Origin: an uncultured Pirellulales bacterium
GTDB lineage: Bacteria; Planctomycetota; Phycisphaerae; Sedimentisphaerales; Anaerobacaceae
DNA: 61,623 nt
Direction: 5' to 3'
NCBI GenBank assembly: GCA_964405375.1
Contig: CAYONQ010000001.1
Location: 1-61,623 of the forward strand
The stretch's first letter is position 1; each line of letters begins with the position of its first letter. Below are positions 38,379-47,119 of the stretch, one piece after another. Below the pieces are notes generated by a model. That model saw only the letters and a list, made by a program, of their open reading frames with translations. It ran no database searches and was not told the origin of the DNA. The position numbers and the translations under genes were made by a program.

Positions 38379-39113
38379 ATGCCTGATAAGCGAACACATA
38401 GAGGCCCGCATCCGGCAGATGCCAAATTATTTGCCCCTGCCGTGATTGCCGATTTACGAGCAGCCCTTGCCGATTTTTCGCTTTTGCTGACGAAGGGCTA
38501 TGCTGATAAAAGCGCCCTTAAGTTAGTCGGGGACAAACTTTCGCTTACGGAAAGGCAACGGCTGGCAATTATGCGAAGCGCCTGCTCCGACCAGCAGCTC
38601 GCCTCCCGAAGCGAGTGCGAAGTCAGGATTGCCGAACTCACCGGCCAGCCGATTGCTATTGATGGTTATAATGTCCTGATAACGACTGAGGCGGCAATGA
38701 GCGGCGGCTGTATCTTTAAGGGACGGGATGGCTGCTTCAAAGATTTGGCGAGCATACACGGGACGTACCGCAAAGTTACCGAGACGATACCCGCTGTTCA
38801 GCTTATAGGCCAATTCTTAAAAGAGGTTGGCGTAAGCGATTGTTTGTGGCTTTTAGATAGCCCGGTCTCGAACAGCGGCCGATTGAAAACGCTAATCGGC
38901 GAACTGGCCGACAAAAACAACTGGCACTGGGAAATCGAACTTCTCCTGAGTCCCGATGCTAAGCTGATAAAAACTGACTCGATTGTAGCCAGCAGTGACA
39001 GCGTTGTGCTTGACGGCTGCAAAAGATGGGTGAATTTAGCCCGCGCCATTATCGAGGCGAAACTGCCCAAAGCCCACTTGATAGATTTATCAGAAGAAGA
39101 CCGCAGCTATTAA
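38379..39113 (+). CDS. DUF434-like protein (possible DUF434 plus DUF5616 architecture)
   Basis: Recognition of the pattern KRTHRGPHPAD...LTERQRLAIMR...DGYNVLIT is from memory only. The start was set at ATG 38379. Confidence 0.45.
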   Translation: MPDKRTHRGPHPADAKLFAPAVIADLRAALADFSLLLTKGYADKSALKLVGDKLSLTERQRLAIMRSACSDQQLASRSECEVRIAELTGQPIAIDGYNVLITTEAAMSGGCIFKGRDGCFKDLASIHGTYRKVTETIPAVQLIGQFLKEVGVSDCLWLLDSPVSNSGRLKTLIGELADKNNWHWEIELLLSPDAKLIKTDSIVASSDSVVLDGCKRWVNLARAIIEAKLPKAHLIDLSEEDRSY

Positions 39114-39412
39114 ACTCTGACCGACAAACCTTCGGGTTTTTGCTGTTAGGAGGGTTATTCTCCCCTGCGGCGATTTTTCTCGTGATGACCCATTTTTGCG
39201 AGCGCACGTTTGAATCCCGAAACAATCGGGACAAGATTGGCTTTGTTTGGGTTTGTTTTTTTAGAGCCTGGAAACGATTTAATTTCCATAATCCTTTGTG
39301 AAAAATAAGGTTGCGTTCATTTTGTCGTTTCGGAAATTGGGTTTGTTTTGCATAATCATTCATTTTTGATTGATTAGAGTTTCCGCTGAAAGCAGACGAC
39401 AGAGGACAGCAA

Positions 39413-39475
39413 GAAATCCGAAATCCTAATATCGAAATCCGAAACAATCTCAAAATCCAAATGACCCAAATTCAA
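39413..39475 (+). repeat. Degenerating heptad array (gaaatcc gaaatcc taatatc gaaatcc gaaacaa tctcaaa atccaaa ...) in an AT-rich non-coding region
   Basis: This is direct reading of the sequence. The 7-bp phase is kept over about 9 units. Confidence 0.7.
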
Positions 39476-39894
39476 AACAAATTGAACATTAACGAACGAC
39501 TGGACTTGACTTGGGCCTGCTGGCCTGAAGACCTTGCCCTACGGGGCGGTTTGTCGTTTGCCTACTGGCAAACTGGTAGGAATTTTAACATATTTTCAAA
39601 CAAAAGTCAAACGAAAAAGAATCTGGCGTCCATTTTTTTCTGACGTTTACGCCATAAAAAACGAGGTTTAAGACACTTAAGCTGTTACTGCACATCCCGT
39701 TGCTCTGTGCCATAAAAAATTTTCCTTATTTTAGACAAAAACCGAAATGGATATCCTTGCCTATGGCATGGCCTAGAAATGGGGTATAACGAGCAATTTT
39801 TACATAGATTTCAGTCTTACCCGATGTATAATAGTTAGCGGATAAATATAGCTTTATCCGCCTGTGGCGGATTCTTCAACAGCAAGGGGTTTTT

Positions 39895-41443
39895 ATGAAA
39901 AGACTCGTTCGGCTCGCGGCTTATCTTTGTCTTTCACCATTCTGGTCTACCGGCCAGAACAGTGCTATTGCTGCCGAGGATATTGTCCGGCTGGTAAAAG
40001 ACGTCAAGCCCGCCGTCGTCTTAATACAGACCTTCGATGCCGACAGCCAGCCAAGCGGTAGTGCCAGCGGCTTCTTCATAAATGACAAAGCCCACATTAT
40101 CACCAACCACCACGTTATCGAAGGCGCTTACTCTGCCACCGTTAGAACCTCGTCCGGCAGGGAATATGCCGTTGAAGGCATCCTTGCAAGTGACATCAAG
40201 GCCGACATCGTCAAATTATCGGTCAACATACAGGACTCCAACATCACCCCATTGAAACTAAGCACCACAATACCATCGGAAGGCGAAGACATCGTGGTTA
40301 TCGGAAGCCCCCCTCGGCCTTGAGGCAAGTGTATCGACCGGCATAGTGTCGGCAGTTCGGGACATACCCGCCTTCGGCAAAATCCTCCAGATAACCGCTC
40401 CTGTCTCGCCCGGCTCAAGCGGCAGCCCTGTCTTAAATACCAAAGGGGAGGTAATCGGCGTAGCTACATTTATCGCTACCGAAGGCCAGAATCTCAACTT
40501 CGCCATACCTGTAGAAAAAATCCTCTCCTTAAAATATACCCCTGTGCCTGTCAAGCTGGGGCAATTCCATATCCCAGCACCCGATGTGAACGATGCCGAA
40601 TTGCTCTACATAAAAGGCCTGCTGCAGGTTTGGCAGGAAAACTGGGCTGATGCACTTACCTACTTCCAAAAAGCCGTATCAAAAAGGCCACAGTACGCTG
40701 ATGCCTGGTTTTATGTCGGTTATTGCTACGGCGAGCTTGGCCGCCACCGAAAGGCAATAGATGGCTATAAGCAGGTCATCAGAATCAAGCCCGATGACGC
40801 CGAGGCACACCATAATCTCGGTGTTTCTTACGGCGAACTCGGCCGCTATCGAGAGGCGATAGAGGCCTTTAAGCAGGCCATCAGAATCAAGCCCGATGAC
40901 GCCGAGGCATACGATAATCTCGGCGTTGCTTACGACAACCTTGGCCGCTATCAAGAGGCGATAGATGCCTACAAGCAGGCAATCAGAATCAAGCCCGATG
41001 ACGCCGATGCGCACTATAATCTCGGCGTTACTTACTACACGCTTGGCCGCTGGCAAGAGGCGATAGATGGCTTTAAGCAGGCCATCAGAATCAAGCCGGA
41101 TGACGCCGAGGCACACTATAATCTCGGCGTTACTTATGGCCAGCTTGGCCGCTGGCAGGAGGCGATGGAGTCATTTAAGCAGGCAATCAGAATAAAGCCG
41201 GATCTCGCCGAAGCACACTATAGTCTCGGCAATTCTTACGGTCAGCTTGGCCGCTGGCGGGAGGCGATAGCGGCATTTAAGCAGGCAATCAGAATCAAGC
41301 CGGATTACGCCGAGGCACACCGTAATCTCGGTGTTGCTTACTTTCTAATCGGCGACAAGGACTCCGCTCTCGAGGAATACAAAATTCTCAAAACATTAGA
41401 TGTAGAAGATGCCAACAACCTTTTTAACTTAATTTCTGAATAA
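39895..41443 (+). pseudogene. Trypsin-like (S1C/DegP-type) serine protease fused to TPR repeats, interrupted by a +1 frameshift in a C6 run
   Basis: ORF 39895-40323 carries the His (ITNHHVIEG) and Asp (DIVKL) regions and ends in [12 protein letters not shown] 40346-41443 carries [13 protein letters not shown] (catalytic Ser). Deleting one C of 40308-40313 gives the continuous sequence [23 protein letters not shown]. Confidence 0.85.
40700..41340 (+). repeat. Coding tandem repeat, 102-bp period (34-aa TPR units, about 6-7 highly similar copies)
   Basis: atcagaatcaagcc recurs at 40778, 40880, 40982, 41084 (atcagaatcaagccgga) and 41288. The repeated peptide is [34 protein letters not shown]. 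Confidence 0.9.
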
Positions 41444-41574
41444 AGCCGAATAAACTATGGAAAGCAGACTTGTTGAAACTTTTAACCAGGCCAAATTCCG
41501 ACACGTTTTTGCTGTTCATTTCAATCGTAAATAGTAAATTGTAAATCGCCAATTCCCTGTCGGCGCAATAAATT

Positions 41575-41600
41575 GGCCGTGGGTCGGGCGACCCACGGCC
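41575..41600. terminator. GC-rich hairpin (ggccgtgggtc / gacccacggcc) between convergent genes
   Basis: An 11-bp perfect stem with a 4-nt loop. Confidence 0.55.
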
Positions 41601-41612
41601 GAGCAATGTTGC

Positions 41613-41644
41613 ATACAAGCCCCCCCTCTTATGTCGGCTTGTAT
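41613..41644. terminator. Second hairpin (atacaagcc / ggcttgtat) between convergent genes
   Basis: A 9-bp stem with a 14-nt C-rich loop. Confidence 0.35.
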
Positions 41645-41667
41645 TCAGAAGTATTATGTGTTAGCAA

Positions 41668-41937
41668 TTAAGAGTCCGTTTCGGTTTCATCGAATTTCTG
41701 CTTCAAAAATACGCCCGTACGCCGGGCGGCGTCCTTGCCAAAATCAATACACTTGTGCATCCCGCTGTTAAAAGACTGTGCCAATTCGTCTGACTGGAAC
41801 GCCGAATATACAAGCCCTTCCTCGCAGGATTTTAAGTCCTGATTCTCCGGCACAGGTGCCAAGCAGTAGATTGCGGTTGCAAAGCCGGCGAAATACACTA
41901 TCAGCAAAAATATGAGCTTGCCCCTCCAGCCCCCCAT
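41668..41937 (-). CDS. Small membrane-anchored hypothetical protein
   Basis: The start was set at MGGWRGKLIFLLIVYFAGFATAIYCLAP with RBS gaggggga. It has one TM helix and no recognised family. Confidence 0.5.
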   Translation of the reverse strand: MGGWRGKLIFLLIVYFAGFATAIYCLAPVPENQDLKSCEEGLVYSAFQSDELAQSFNSGMHKCIDFGKDAARRTGVFLKQKFDETETDS

Positions 41938-42025
41938 ATAAGTTCCCCCTCTAAATAGATTTTTATCGGATGCAACCGCCCCCGTGGCTAATGCCATTAA
42001 AAATATAACATAAAAACGGCCATAG

Positions 42026-43156
42026 TCAAACGGCCGGTGGATTTTTATCCAAAATTTCTTTCAATGTATTACAAACAATCGCTATCTCATCTTTAGTTAG
42101 ATTATTATAAAACGGCAAGGCAATAGTGCTTTGGGACACGGATTCGGTAACAGGGAAATCGCCCTTTTTGTAGCCGAACTGCGCTGAGATAAACGGCTGC
42201 AGATGCACAGGTGAAAAGTAATTGCCGACCTGGACACCCTGCTCTTTCATCTCTTCCAGAATCCTGTTGCGCTGTTCTAAAGTGAACCCATTTGTCAGGC
42301 GGACAACAAAGACGAACCAGCTTATCTCGCAATCAGCGGGCTCGGAAGGCACTATCAACCGCTCGTCCGCCGCCAGCATTTCCTGATACCATTTTGCAAC
42401 CTGCCGGCGTTTGGCCTTGATTTCATCTATTCTCGAAAGCTGCACAATCCCAATCGCACAATTGATGTCGCTTAGCCGGAAGTTATAGCCCAGCCGTTCG
42501 TGGTTTAGCCAGCCGCCACCTTTGCTTCTGCCTTGATTGCGAAGTGATACGCACACATCCGCCAAATCGTCATCGTCGGTCAGAATCACCCCGCCCTCGC
42601 CCGTAGTTATCTGCTTATTGGGATAAAAAGCGAAAGCGCTCATCGTGCCGAATGTCCCAACTTTTTTCCCATTCAACGCAGAACCCAGTGCCTCACAGCC
42701 GTCCTCAATCACCGCCAGGTTGTGTTTCCGGGCAATTTCGCAGACCTTATCGATGCCAGCAGGATTGCCAAAAAGCTCTACCGGCAGAATGGCCTTTGCT
42801 TTGCTGGTTATCTCTGACTCGATTTTCGCAGCGTCGATGTTTAAGGTTACAGGGTCAACATCGACAAAGACCGGCTTGGCGCCGGCCATCATAATAGTCG
42901 TTGCCGAGGAAATGAAGGTAAAAGGCGTGGTAATGACCTCATCGCCGGGTCCAATCCCTAACGCCGGCATACACAAAAACAGGCCGCTGGTGCCGCTGTT
43001 GACGGCCACAGCCCGTTTTCTGCCGATATACCCGGCAAAGGCATCCTCAAACTCTGCCAGCTTGGGACCCAGCGAAAGGTCAGGGCTGCGAAGCACCGCA
43101 CAAACCGCCTCGATTTCCTTTTCGGTGATATCCGGCCGAGATAGATTTATCAACAT
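42026..43156 (-). CDS. DegT/DnrJ/EryC1/StrS family PLP-dependent sugar aminotransferase
   Basis: Motifs are AVNSGTSGLFL, DEVITTPFTFISSA and SFYPNKQITTGEGGVILTDD (PLP lysine region). Confidence 0.9.
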   Translation of the reverse strand: MLINLSRPDITEKEIEAVCAVLRSPDLSLGPKLAEFEDAFAGYIGRKRAVAVNSGTSGLFLCMPALGIGPGDEVITTPFTFISSATTIMMAGAKPVFVDVDPVTLNIDAAKIESEITSKAKAILPVELFGNPAGIDKVCEIARKHNLAVIEDGCEALGSALNGKKVGTFGTMSAFAFYPNKQITTGEGGVILTDDDDLADVCVSLRNQGRSKGGGWLNHERLGYNFRLSDINCAIGIVQLSRIDEIKAKRRQVAKWYQEMLAADERLIVPSEPADCEISWFVFVVRLTNGFTLEQRNRILEEMKEQGVQVGNYFSPVHLQPFISAQFGYKKGDFPVTESVSQSTIALPFYNNLTKDEIAIVCNTLKEILDKNPPAV

Positions 43157-43478
43157 AGGAAAAACCCTTCCTTAAAACGAATAATTATTACTGTAAACCT
43201 GACCACATATCTGCGGTTCTGCCTAACAACCCAATATTAACCCCTTCCAACAGATAAATCAAAGGCATTTTTCTGACCTTTGCAGATTGAATATGTCCGG
43301 TTTTTAATTTTATTTTCTTCTGAAAAACCACAAGCACTTATGGGACGTAGTATCTTATAGGCAGCGGTTTATTCGGCTGCAAACCGTAAATTTACAATTT
43401 ACGTCTTAAACGGCCTCGCTTTAAGGCCGAATAAGGGTATATAACATAGTGCGAATACACAGTAATGGGAATCAAAAA

Positions 43479-44057
43479 ATGGCAAAAGGTAAAAACGTAT
43501 TAACGACAGGCGACGTGGCCAGGATTTGCAACGTTGCTCCCCGAACAGTCTCCAAGTGGTTTGACAACGGCCAGCTGAAGGGCTACCGCATACCCGGCAG
43601 CAAGGACCGGCGAATACCTGTCAACGAGCTGATCCGTTTTATGAAAGCACACAATATGCCCGCAGCAGCACTGCCGGTCGGCAAAATCAGGGTCCTTATA
43701 GCAGACAGCAACACCGATACAACCTCAGCTTTGGCCGATGCCCTGCGAACCAAAGCAGATTACGAAGTGCAAACCGTCCACAGTGATTTCCAGACCGGCT
43801 TAACCGCACAGAAATTTGCCCCACACGTACTGCTGATAAGTCTTCTGGCCGAAGGCATAAACGCAGCAAACATATGCAAAGCCATCCGCTCCAATGAGGA
43901 TTTGCAGACCATCAAAATCATAGCGCTTGCGAACCGGCTAAGTGACTCTGAGTCCGCCGCTTTACTGCAGAAGGGCTTTGACGGCTACATATCCGACCCC
44001 GCCGACGTCACTGAAATTATCAAAAAGATTGAAGAAACAACTGCGATTATCTATTAG
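43479..44057 (+). CDS. Excisionase/MerR-type helix-turn-helix fused to a receiver-like domain lacking the phospho-acceptor residues
   Basis: The HTH is LTTGDVARICNVAPRTVSKWFDNGQLKGYRIPGSKDRRIP. The receiver-like fold begins RVLIADS, and LLISLL occupies the position where the conserved Asp is expected. Confidence 0.65.
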   Translation: MAKGKNVLTTGDVARICNVAPRTVSKWFDNGQLKGYRIPGSKDRRIPVNELIRFMKAHNMPAAALPVGKIRVLIADSNTDTTSALADALRTKADYEVQTVHSDFQTGLTAQKFAPHVLLISLLAEGINAANICKAIRSNEDLQTIKIIALANRLSDSESAALLQKGFDGYISDPADVTEIIKKIEETTAIIY

Positions 44058-44091
44058 CAGCCGCCGGTTTATCTTCAGCCACTAATAAAAA

Positions 44092-44116
44092 ACCGGTCCC
44101 ACAGACCGGTCTTTTC
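44092..44116 (+). terminator. Rho-independent terminator (accggtc ccaca gaccggt cttttc)
   Basis: A 7-bp stem with a 5-nt loop, flanked by an A-run upstream and a T-rich tail downstream. Confidence 0.7.
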
Positions 44117-44218
44117 TGTGTAACAGTTACTCTTATCCGCAGTCATTAGAATTTTACCGTTCAATACAGCTATTCCTGATGCTTGACAGCAATAATTTTG
44201 AGTCTAAAATCACGGTCT

Positions 44219-45172
44219 ATGGCTAATTCGGCGCCACAGAAGAAGAAAAGGAAAAGACATAATCCCTTTACGGATTGGTTCTGGTATGTTGCGCTGCGGA
44301 TTCTTGTGATTTTCCTTTACCTTTTTGACGTCGAGACCAATCTAAAGACCGCTTGTTTTCTTGGCCGACTGCTGTGGAAACATTATCACCGGGGCCGAAA
44401 GCGGGCGCTGAATAATCTTCGCGCAAGCTTCCCGGAAAAAAGCGAACAATGGTTATGGCACACCGGACGACGAAGTTTCGAGCATATCGCAATGCTGGCA
44501 ATTGACATATTGTTCACGCCGCGATTGGTGAAAAAGCACAACTGGCGGGACTATTCGCAGTTTAAAACCGCCGAAAAGGCCAAGTGGCTGATGAAAGAAG
44601 GCAACGGTATGATTATGGTCGCGGCCCACTACGGCAACTTTGAGATTATGGGCTATATGCTGGGGCTGTTCGGTTTTAATGTTTATAGTATTGCCCGGCC
44701 GTTGGACAACAAGTTTATTAATAGCTACCTGTATGAGGTCCGCCGGCAAGTCGGCCAGAAAATAATCGATAAAAAAGGCGCAGCCGAGCTTATGGAGGAT
44801 ATCGCCTCAAGAGGTGCGACACTCTGCTTTATCGCCGACCAGGATGCCGGCAGAAAAGGGATATTCGTTGACTTCTTCGGCCGTAAGGCCAGCACCTACA
44901 AAAGCATAGCCCTACTTGCTATCACCAATAATGTACCGATAGGCGTAGCTTATAGCAGAAGGATTGATAACCGTTTTTACTTTGAAATTGGGATTAATCG
45001 AATTATCTTCCCCGAAGAGTGGGCCGAAAGAGACGACGCCCTTGAGTGGGTTACCGCAGAATATACCAGGGCAATAGAGCAATTCGTACGGGAAGAACCG
45101 AGCCAGTACTGGTGGCTACACCGCAGATGGAAACATCGGCCAAAAAAAGAGATACAAACAGCCAAGGGGTAA
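44219..45172 (+). CDS. Lysophospholipid/lipid A biosynthesis acyltransferase (LpxL/HtrB family)
   Basis: An N-terminal TM helix is present. The HX4(D/E) motif is in AAHYGNFE. ADQDAG and downstream family-like conservation are present. Confidence 0.75.
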   Translation: MANSAPQKKKRKRHNPFTDWFWYVALRILVIFLYLFDVETNLKTACFLGRLLWKHYHRGRKRALNNLRASFPEKSEQWLWHTGRRSFEHIAMLAIDILFTPRLVKKHNWRDYSQFKTAEKAKWLMKEGNGMIMVAAHYGNFEIMGYMLGLFGFNVYSIARPLDNKFINSYLYEVRRQVGQKIIDKKGAAELMEDIASRGATLCFIADQDAGRKGIFVDFFGRKASTYKSIALLAITNNVPIGVAYSRRIDNRFYFEIGINRIIFPEEWAERDDALEWVTAEYTRAIEQFVREEPSQYWWLHRRWKHRPKKEIQTAKG

Positions 45173-45219
45173 TTTAACCGGAAAATCCCGGTCTTGTGAA
45201 ACCATCCTGCGAGTTGGGC

Positions 45220-45528
45220 TTACTTTTCTTCTTTCTTAAACTGCTCAAGCGATTGCGGCTCGGCCACCTTGCGGTAGCCAAGTGCCTTTATCACCTCAAG
45301 AACCTCGGTCCAGGTTGGAAATGGTCTTGCATTTTTTCTTTTATACTCGTCAATAGCCATAACAAATTCAAACTGTTCGTCCGACATATCGCCTTCTTCG
45401 GCGGATTTTCGCTCATCGCTTCTGCGTCTGCCCGGGCCTCGCCGGCGGTCCAGTCCTAAACGCCTGTCAACAACATCCCGCCTGCGGTCTTCACCCGACC
45501 GACGCTCTATGAAATGCTGATTGTCCAT
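45220..45528 (-). CDS. Hypothetical protein with an Arg/Asp-rich N-terminal half (DRR repeats) and a conserved-looking C-terminal helical domain
   Basis: The ORF has a start at MDNQHF, and the coding frame is maintained. No family was recognised. Confidence 0.45.
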   Translation of the reverse strand: MDNQHFIERRSGEDRRRDVVDRRLGLDRRRGPGRRRSDERKSAEEGDMSDEQFEFVMAIDEYKRKNARPFPTWTEVLEVIKALGYRKVAEPQSLEQFKKEEK

Positions 45529-45569
45529 TTGTACCTCGTATCCGATATCCACATCACACACAATAAATC

Positions 45570-46124
45570 TGGTGGCGGTTAAAGCTCGTCCTCGAAGAGG
45601 TCACTGTCAAAGTCCTCGTCTTCTTCTTCCAGCGCAAAATCGTAAAAATCATCATAGGCATCCTGCGACTCGATTATTACGTGTGCCTCATCGAGAAAAT
45701 CCTCAGGGACCATTACAGCAATGCCTTTACCGCCGCCTTGGGCGGATTGGTCCTCTTGTTTGATGATGACGGGTATATCGTTGTTCTTCAGCAGCGTTTC
45801 ATAGTCCCTGGCCAGTTCGGCATCTTCGGTGAATGCAACGGCGACAAGCTCTTGCAGCCTGGCCTGTGATTTTTGAGTTTTTTTGCGATGTTTCGCCATT
45901 CTATCTCTCCGCTACAAGCCGGATTCCCAAGTGTATTTTATTGCGTTTTGAGTCTCGCTTAACCTGACTTACTATCGGCTCTGAAAGGCCGTTTATTCAG
46001 ATATTTTCGTCAAAATAAGCCGTTTGAATTATTAAATTATTAAAAATTACCCGCCCCGCAATTGTGAAAATTTGACATTTGTGCACATTTTTTTGTTGCA
46101 AATCCTTGCAGCTGTATGTAATAA
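45570..46124 (-). repeat. Right arm of the inverted duplication (partner 27334-27893)
   Basis: See the left arm. The reverse complement aligns over the leader, the CDS and 9 nt after the stop. Confidence 0.9.
45579..45899 (-). CDS. Small acidic protein, possibly DUF2007-like fold (copy 2)
   Basis: The 106-aa protein differs from the product of 27561-27884 at roughly a dozen positions plus one Asp indel. Confidence 0.7.
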   Translation of the reverse strand: MAKHRKKTQKSQARLQELVAVAFTEDAELARDYETLLKNNDIPVIIKQEDQSAQGGGKGIAVMVPEDFLDEAHVIIESQDAYDDFYDFALEEEDEDFDSDLFEDEL

Positions 46125-46323
46125 CAAGGCCTGAATGTTGTTCTTTTGCGGGAAAGCCCCAAATATAAGGGCGTTCAGGCAGGGAGTTTTATTTGTGGTT
46201 CTTCACAAATGGGGTCCCGAGGCCGACAAAACACAAAAGCAGTTTCCCGATAGTACGCCGGCTTCAAGGATATGATGCCGGACTATTAAAACTTAACTTT
46301 TTTAATATGGAGGATTTTTGTCA

Positions 46324-46509
46324 ATGGCAAAGAAAAAAGAATCTCTGATTGTAGCCAGCAAAGTTAAGGCCTATATCAAGAGCAAGAAGATGATGACCTC
46401 ATCTGAGTTGCTCGGAGCACTCAACGATGCTGTCTATCGTATGCTTGACGGTGCTGCTGCCCGAACCAAGGCCAACCGCCGCAGTACAGTCAAGGCACAG
46501 GACCTGTAG
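46324..46509 (+). CDS. Histone-fold DNA-binding protein candidate (DUF1931 / bacterial histone HBb-like singlet)
   Basis: MAKKKESLIVASKVKAYIKSKKMMTSSELLGALNDAVYRMLDGAAARTKANRRSTVKAQDL matches the remembered DUF1931 pattern (L-V-x-SKVK-x-IK ... A-x-x-A-x-x-x-GRKTV-x-x-xD). A strong RBS ggagga lies 9 nt upstream of ATG 46324. Confidence 0.6.
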   Translation: MAKKKESLIVASKVKAYIKSKKMMTSSELLGALNDAVYRMLDGAAARTKANRRSTVKAQDL

Positions 46510-46625
46510 AGAAAACTGCTGTTTTGTAAAAGCAGCCCATTCTGCGAAAAAACCGCAAAATGGGCACTCAACAGCTAACATCTTTTGAACAGGTATCTTA
46601 CGTCTGCGATAACGCTGCTAAAGTG

Positions 46626-46663
46626 AGCCGTTCCGCGGTGGAAAAGCGGAACGGCTTTTCTTA
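46626..46663 (+). terminator. Rho-independent terminator (agccgttccgc / gcggaacggct followed by ttttctt)
   Basis: An 11-bp perfect stem (46626-46636 and 46646-46656) with a 9-nt loop and a T-tract. Confidence 0.8.
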
Positions 46664-47119
46664 ATTGGCTATCTCCAGCTTTGTTAACTACCTTGCATTG
46701 CAGCTATTACTCGTTTTTAGTTATCAGTCCTTGACTGTACATTTAAAAACATTCAATCAAAAAACGCACGGCTAACCACAAGCCGTCGAATACACAACCT
46801 ACGGAGTTTCTTAGCCCTTACAGACCGGTAAAATCCGCTTTACCAGTATCAAAATTCCTATTTTTGGGAAATTTGTTGAACTTATTGTCCCAAAAAGCCC
46901 GATTTATATAGCAAGGACTAAAGCAAAGGCGGTATTTTTCTATCAGCTAACGGTTAAGAATACATAATTTCCTGCCGATGAAGCAACAGCCGCCAGATTG
47001 CAAATCGGCTATCCGGCATGCAAAGATAAAAGGCCACTTGTGGTGAGAGGATTTTAGAAAATGTTAATCGTAACTTCCTATCTAACAGGTAGTTACTTAA
47101 ATAGTTTGGTGAAAGTAGC

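Noticed and set aside
39049-39453. 134-aa minus-strand ORF in the AT-rich spacer
   Set aside because: It spans repeat words and heptad arrays, has low complexity, and has no start context. I treated it as non-coding.
40700-41340. Regular 102-bp repeats as a possible CRISPR array
   Set aside because: The repeats are contiguous with no unique spacers, in frame, and encode canonical 34-aa TPR units within a protease-TPR gene.
42645-43175. 176-aa ORF antisense to the DegT-family aminotransferase
   Set aside because: It is fully nested antisense to a gene with unambiguous PLP-aminotransferase motifs and has a Ser/Ala/Pro-rich composition.
43479-43620. Excisionase-family HTH as a marker of a mobile element
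   Set aside because: It is fused to a receiver-like domain and no integrase or att-like repeats are nearby. It is more likely a transcription regulator.
27334-46124. Interpreting the inverted repeats as a composite transposon, prophage or integrative island
   Set aside because: No transposase, integrase, recombinase or phage gene lies in or next to the segment. The arms encode an ordinary small protein with its leader. I could verify no target-site duplication.
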